Shown one piece after another: positions 33,321 to 37,766 of a stretch of DNA of 37,766 nucleotides. The stretch comes from Octopus bimaculoides (taxonomy: Eukaryota). The translations under genes were made by a program, and so were the position numbers. Position 1 is the stretch's first letter. Each line of letters begins with the position of its first letter. The DNA is taken from the NCBI RefSeq assembly GCF_001194135.2, contig NC_068986.1, positions 11,790,271 to 11,828,036 on the forward strand, given 5' to 3'. The notes beneath the pieces were generated by a model. The model was not told the DNA's origin. It saw only the letters and a program-made list of their open reading frames with translations, and did no database searches.

Positions 33321-33498
33321 ATAATTCCTCACCTCTTAAATATAGAACTGTATTATGTACATTATTTACATTTTTGTTCATCTTGTTAGCACAACGTTTT
33401 GACTGATATACCCTCCAGCCTTCATCAGGTGTCTTAGAGAAATTTCGAACCTGGGTTCTCATTCCTAAGGTATTTTTCAATGTTATTATTATTATCAT
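33321..33498 (-). mobile_element. Foldback element copy 3 (single arm preceded by the tail in the opposite orientation)
   Basis: 33352-33498 is colinear with the left arms of copies 1 and 2; 33321-33352 is the reverse complement of 27941-27972 (29/32). Confidence 0.85.
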
Positions 33499-33589
33499 TC
33501 AGTTTTGAGTTCCAATCTTGCTGAAATCTGCTTGGTTTCAGAATTTGAAATAAATAAAATCCAGATGAATGGAAGTTTAAAAATTTCTA

Positions 33590-33945
33590 GGCATGGCTAT
33601 GTGGTAAGAAGCTTGCTGGCTAACTAGATGGTTCTGGATTCAGTTCTACCGAGTGGCTCTTTGTGCTCTAGAGTGGCCTCGGGCTGACCAAAGCCTTGTG
33701 AGTAGATTTGGTAGATGGAAACTGTAAGAAGCCCGTCGTGTGTATATATATATATATGTTCCTGAGTTTGTTCTTCACTGCTTGACATCTGGTGTGTTTG
33801 TCCCAGTAACTGAACGGTTCGATAAGAGGATAAATACCAGGCTTGAAAGAAGTATTGATGGTCGATTCATTCGACTAAAATTCTTGAGGACAGTACCCCA
33901 GCATGGCCGCAGTTTAATGACCGAAACGGGTAAAACGTAAAAGAT
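33590..33945 (+). mobile_element. OR2-like SINE retaining CpGs
   Basis: ggcatggctatgtggtaagaagcttgc...gaagcccgtcg...ccccagcatggccgcagtttaatgaccgaaac. Confidence 0.85.
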
Positions 33946-34030
33946 CTTAACAGAAAATCTTTGATTAATAGAGAAGATTGTTTCGTGTTTTCCTCCACAA
34001 CTTATCTCGCCATACCTTCGTAATTGTGCA

Positions 34031-34375
34031 TAAGGCCAGCAAAATGGAGGCTAGGAAGTTTAATCGATGCCATGGACCTTGGTATCTGACTGGTACTTTA
34101 TTTCATCGGTAATGAAAGTTGGAGTTGACCACGATGGGATTTGAACTTAGAATGTTAACTACCCGAACAAATACTGCTAAGCCTTTTTTTTTTCCGACCT
34201 TCGAATGACAAAGCTTTCAAAATTTTGACTCAAGGTCAGCAACTGGGGAGGGGGGAGGAGGAGATAAATCAATAGCATCGATGCTAGAACTACACTGCTG
34301 CTTTATTCGACCGACCCTCAGGGTGAAAATCGACATCGACGGGAATTTGAACGCAGATATGAAAGCGCCTCAAGA
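34031..34375 (-). mobile_element. Two degenerate MetaSINE-like copies in tandem
   Basis: aaggccagcaa...gactggtactttattt...gggatttgaacttagaatg (34031-34190) and caaggtcagcaa...gggaatttgaacgcag (34230-34375). Confidence 0.55.
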
Positions 34376-34379
34376 AATA

Positions 34380-34621
34380 CAGGGCGTTCAAGAAGTCTCT
34401 CCGCAGTGAATTTTTTCATCCTGACTCTCCAAGATGTATTTCAAAACGTGTAGAAAGAGTCAATTTGTGTGTTGAAAATGAAGGACGACACTTTCAACAC
34501 ATTATAAAGCTTTTTTAAAGTCTTGTAAAGTCTAATATATTCTTTTATAGTCTTACACCATCTTATAAATATTTATTTTGCAATAAAATACTTGCTGCGG
34601 AGAGACTTTTTGAACAGCCTG
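34380..34621. mobile_element. Tc1/mariner-type MITE, 242 bp
   Basis: TIRs CAGGGCGTTCAAGAAGTCTCTCCGCAG and (reverse complement) CAGGCTGTTCAAAAAGTCTCTCCGCAG; TA flanks at 34378-34379 and 34622-34623. Confidence 0.85.
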
Positions 34622-34710
34622 TATAAGAAGGTACTTCTTTCCCGACCCTTTGACGATTTTGCCGGCTCGCAGCCTTGACAATATGTGTGTTTATGGCCCA
34701 TGGGTTTTAA

Positions 34711-34915
34711 GCTAGCAGAATCGTTAGCCCGCAGGGCAGAATGCTGAGTGGCATTTCGTCCGTTTTTATATTCTGAGTTCAAATTCCGCCGAGGTCGACT
34801 TTCCCTTTTACCCTTCCGGGGTCGATGAAATGAGTTGAATACTGGGATCGATGTAATTGACTAGTCCTCTTCCCAAGAATTTCAGGCTTTGTGTCTATAG
34901 TAGAAAGGATTATTA
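34711..34915 (+). mobile_element. MetaSINE-like tRNA SINE
   Basis: gcagaatcgttagc...ttctgagttcaaattccgccgaggtcgactttccc...ggggtcgatgaaa. Confidence 0.85.
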
Positions 34916-35254
34916 CATGGGGTTTATGTTACGGAGGAGAGGGAAAGTCGATTGATTCCTGCTTCTCGTAGTTCTTGAAATGTATTTCAGTTTGTTGAAT
35001 AAAGGCAAACGGTTAAAAGCGTTTTGCCCGCCATTAAACAGATTTTATCTTTCAAACACCTTTAAAAAACAAAACTGCTATAAAACACGAACTTTCATTT
35101 ACAGGAGAGACTGTTTTGTCCATCCCTTAATTTAAGGTCTATTAAACAGGTATCGATGATGATTTGCGGACTCAGCCTATCAAGAGGCTTTAACAATAGA
35201 TTAATAATCGATAAAAATTGCATTCTGTAACTTTGCGTGGGCCTCGGAGCAGGT

Positions 35255-35268
35255 ATCGCCATGACAAC
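35255..35268 (-). promoter_or_regulatory. Candidate RFX X-box
   Basis: Minus strand GTTGTCATGGCGAT, 11/14 to GTTGCCATGGCAAC, in a CpG-rich non-repeat patch. Confidence 0.4.
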
Positions 35269-35432
35269 TTTCTCTGTCATAGTCAATGCGACGATCACAC
35301 GCTACACACCTTCCCTCCAAGCACTGCTGTAAACAGGGGAAGTGAGCTAGAATATTAAAACTTAGTGTGCATGCACAGCAGAGTTCAAAGTCAATCTGTG
35401 CCAAGCGGCTTCACTTTGCGTGCAGCAGCTTC

Positions 35433-35446
35433 GTTACTGTGGCAAC
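35433..35446 (+). promoter_or_regulatory. Candidate RFX X-box
   Basis: GTTACTGTGGCAAC has a perfect GGCAAC half-site, 11/14 to the palindromic consensus. Confidence 0.4.
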
Positions 35447-35479
35447 GGTCCGGATACTTATTGATCAGACATCGTAATA

Positions 35480-35580
35480 CCTACATACATGCGTACGTAC
35501 ACGCATACGTACATGCATAAATACATACATACAAGCATACATGCATACATATATACATACATAGAAACATACATACATAC
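35480..35580. repeat. (ATAC)n microsatellite
   Basis: Direct run with variants. Confidence 0.9.
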
Positions 35581-35731
35581 AAAAATACCCTGTTGTTGAT
35601 GTTGAAATTCCAACGAAGGAGCCTTGAATCTAGGTTAGAAACCGGTTCTTTCTCTGTTAGGAAGAAATCTTGAAATAAAACTAAATAATGATATACCATA
35701 CATACATACTTACACACACACGCACACATAT

Positions 35732-36039
35732 ATTTTGCTGTGTCTAGGGAGAGCCATTATGCCAATAGTACTAACATACGCACTGGTTCAATTCCACTCC
35801 TTTATTATTAGTCAGCTGGTTAAATATCCAACTAAATAATCGATTGGCTTGTTTAATTTGGTTAAGCAGTAGGTCATTTGTTTTGTTTTTGCTTGTAACA
35901 TTTTCAGTGACTTTTCTCTTAATCGATTAGACAGTTCAGTTAGATGTTTAAGCAATTGACTAATAATAAAGGAGTGGAATTGAACCAATGTGTGTGTTAA
36001 TTATATTGGCATAATGACTCTCCCTAGACACAACAAAAT
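35732..36039. mobile_element. Foldback/MITE-like element with about 115-bp inverted arms
   Basis: Arms 35732-35845 and 35921-36039, including a perfect 31-bp inverted match (35784-35814 with 35957-35987). Confidence 0.8.
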
Positions 36040-36093
36040 TTGTTCCAACACACAGATTCACATAAAGAATCTTGCAAACCAAATACAAAAACG

Positions 36094-36121
<28 letters not shown>

Positions 36122-36127
<6 letters not shown>

Positions 36128-36424
36128 CGTCCACTCGTGACCGAGGAAGACTATTGCTGACCTTTAGGAACATTGTGCGCTCTAGGACTAATATTTTTCA
36201 TTTGCGGCTCCGCTGGTGGCTAACGAGCTCTTCTCTTGAGAAGCATTGCAAACCAAGCTTTCCCCATTCACTACGCTAGCAATGCACTTTCGAGCAGCAC
36301 GCTTAAGTTCTTCATGCAAAATACGTGCTCTGTCAAAGGTGTCGACCCCCTCCCTAACCTGCTTCCTCCATCTGGGGCGATGACAGGCATTGCTCTCCCA
36401 GTCAGTCTCCTGCATATCATACAC
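36122..36424 (-). mobile_element. RTE-clade LINE 3' end abutting (AT)n
   Basis: Reads WESNACHRPRWRKQVREGVDTFDRARILHEELKRAARK, then C..LVSHQRSRK* in a shifted frame; 3' end cgagtggacggccatc followed by (AT)n. Confidence 0.8.
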
Positions 36425-36957
36425 NNNNNNNNNNNNNNNNNNNNNNNNNNNNNNNNNNNNNNNNNNNNNNNNNNNNNNNNNNNNNNNNNNNNNNNNNNNN
36501 NNNNNNNNNNNNNNNNNNNNNNNNNNNNNNNNNNNNNNNNNNNNNNNNNNNNNNNNNNNNNNNNNNNNNNNNNNNNNNNNNNNNNNNNNNNNNNNNNNNN
36601 NNNNNNNNNNNNNNNNNNNNNNNNNNNNNNNNNNNNNNNNNNNNNNNNNNNNNNNNNNNNNNNNNNNNNNNNNNNNNNNNNNNNNNNNNNNNNNNNNNNN
36701 NNNNNNNNNNNNNNNNNNNNNNNNNNNNNNNNNNNNNNNNNNNNNNNNNNNNNNNNNNNNNNNNNNNNNNNNNNNNNNNNNNNNNNNNNNNNNNNNNNNN
36801 NNNNNNNNNNNNNNNNNNNNNNNNNNNNNNNNNNNNNNNNNNNNNNNNNNNNNNNNNNNNNNNNNNNNNNNNNNNNNNNNNNNNNNNNNNNNNNNNNNNN
36901 NNNNNNNNNNNNNNNNNNNNNNNNNNNNNNNNNNNNNNNNNNNNNNNNNNNNNNNNN
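36425..36957. other. Assembly gap (533 N)
   Basis: N run. Confidence 1.
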
Positions 36958-36992
36958 ATCTTAATTATCTGTGTGTGTGTGTGTGTGTGTGT

Positions 36993-37158
36993 GTGTATGA
37001 TATGCAGGAGACTGACTGGGAGAGCAATGCCTGTCATCGCCCCAGATGGAGGAAGCAGGTTAGGGAGGGGGTCGACACCTTTGACAGAGCACGTATTTTG
37101 CATGAAGAACTTAAGCGTGCTGCTCGAAAGTGCATTGCTAGCGTAGTGAATGGGGAAA
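36993..37158 (+). mobile_element. Inverted identical copy of part of the RTE fragment
   Basis: Exact reverse complement of 36259-36424 (166 bp). Confidence 0.9.
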
Positions 37159-37339
37159 CCTTCTGCACCAATAAACCACTATTGTTCTTGAGAGTTGATT
37201 TTTAAAAATATTTCCTACAGATTGTTTGAAGCTTACTTTCTTCTTACTCCTCGTTCCTTGGACCTGACATATATTGATGTTATCATAGATATGTGGTGCG
37301 GCCCGTCTATATTTTTGTGTAATGTTGTTCTCTAAGAGT

Positions 37340-37665
37340 CTATTTTGTTGTGATCATTATCTGTCTTATAAAGGTTATTTGTCTTATCTCAAAATAGTAG
37401 GGTTCTATCTGTATTCTTAAGGAAATGTATATCGAATGTAGGTCTACGTTAAAAGTTGGATGAACCAGGAGGCTACATGAAATCCAAGACAGAAGCGGTG
37501 GGGAGTTGTCCACATATTCGGAAATTTTTACTTCAAAATTGGAAAACCTAGCTATCAAGCAAAGGAAGACAACTCGCCCAGCCATAATTTTTCCAGAGGA
37601 ATATTTTTTTCAACTATCACCAGCGTTCTTGTGTTTTTAAAACACATTCTTTGCAGGGAACGGTT
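37340..37665 (-). mobile_element. Possible Penelope-like GIY-YIG remnant
   Basis: Minus-strand VPCKEC (PC..C motif) upstream and NFEVKISE...LLVHPTFN (similar to F.V.I.E...P.LN); weak. Confidence 0.3.
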
Positions 37666-37766
37666 ATCGTTTAGAGAAACTGAAGATATGTCTAGTTCAC
37701 ACTAGATATGAAGTCAATGTTTTTTTTCTGAAACTGTTACTTTAAACACACACACACACACACACA

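Noticed and set aside
34592-34673. Minus-strand exon-like frame LRAGKIVKGSGKKYLLIQAVQKVSPQQ
   Set aside because: It overlaps the TIR of the mariner MITE at 34380-34621 and has a poor acceptor
35201-35404. Cys-rich minus-strand ORF (QQCLEGRCVACDRR...)
   Set aside because: There is an acceptor-like NAGNAG but no recognisable domain or partner exon; the promoter interpretation is at least as plausible

Overview
AT-rich, repeat-dense eukaryotic genomic DNA with four N-gaps. The repeats resemble octopus (coleoid cephalopod) families; this organism call comes from recognising the repeats and is not checked against a database. There is no prokaryotic gene structure, rRNA, intact tRNA or CRISPR array, and almost all ORF-track entries are spurious. 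The only well-supported protein-coding sequence is two consecutive + strand exons (25868-25980 and 28642-29256) joined in phase by a GT-AG intron. They encode an acidic, low-complexity C-terminus with a (SEKAE)x7 repeat; I cannot name the gene. The rest is a mosaic of tRNA-derived SINEs (at least three families), RTE LINE 3' fragments, TTAA-flanked piggyBac-type MITEs, TA-flanked Tc1/mariner MITEs, Penelope-like (PLE) remnants and mini/microsatellites. The most interesting signal is a non-coding element present three times (about 24.4, 28.0 and 33.3 kb). It has a tRNA-like Pol III head and a body whose five-arm consensus folds as a minimal type I hammerhead ribozyme. Copies are head-to-head palindromes with a one-sided 32-nt tail, one has a 12-bp TSD, and one shows a tail-to-start junction. 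This suggests a Penelope-mobilised, ribozyme-carrying foldback SINE. CpG density rises sharply after about 33.6 kb, and a candidate RFX X-box promoter lies near 35.2-35.5 kb.
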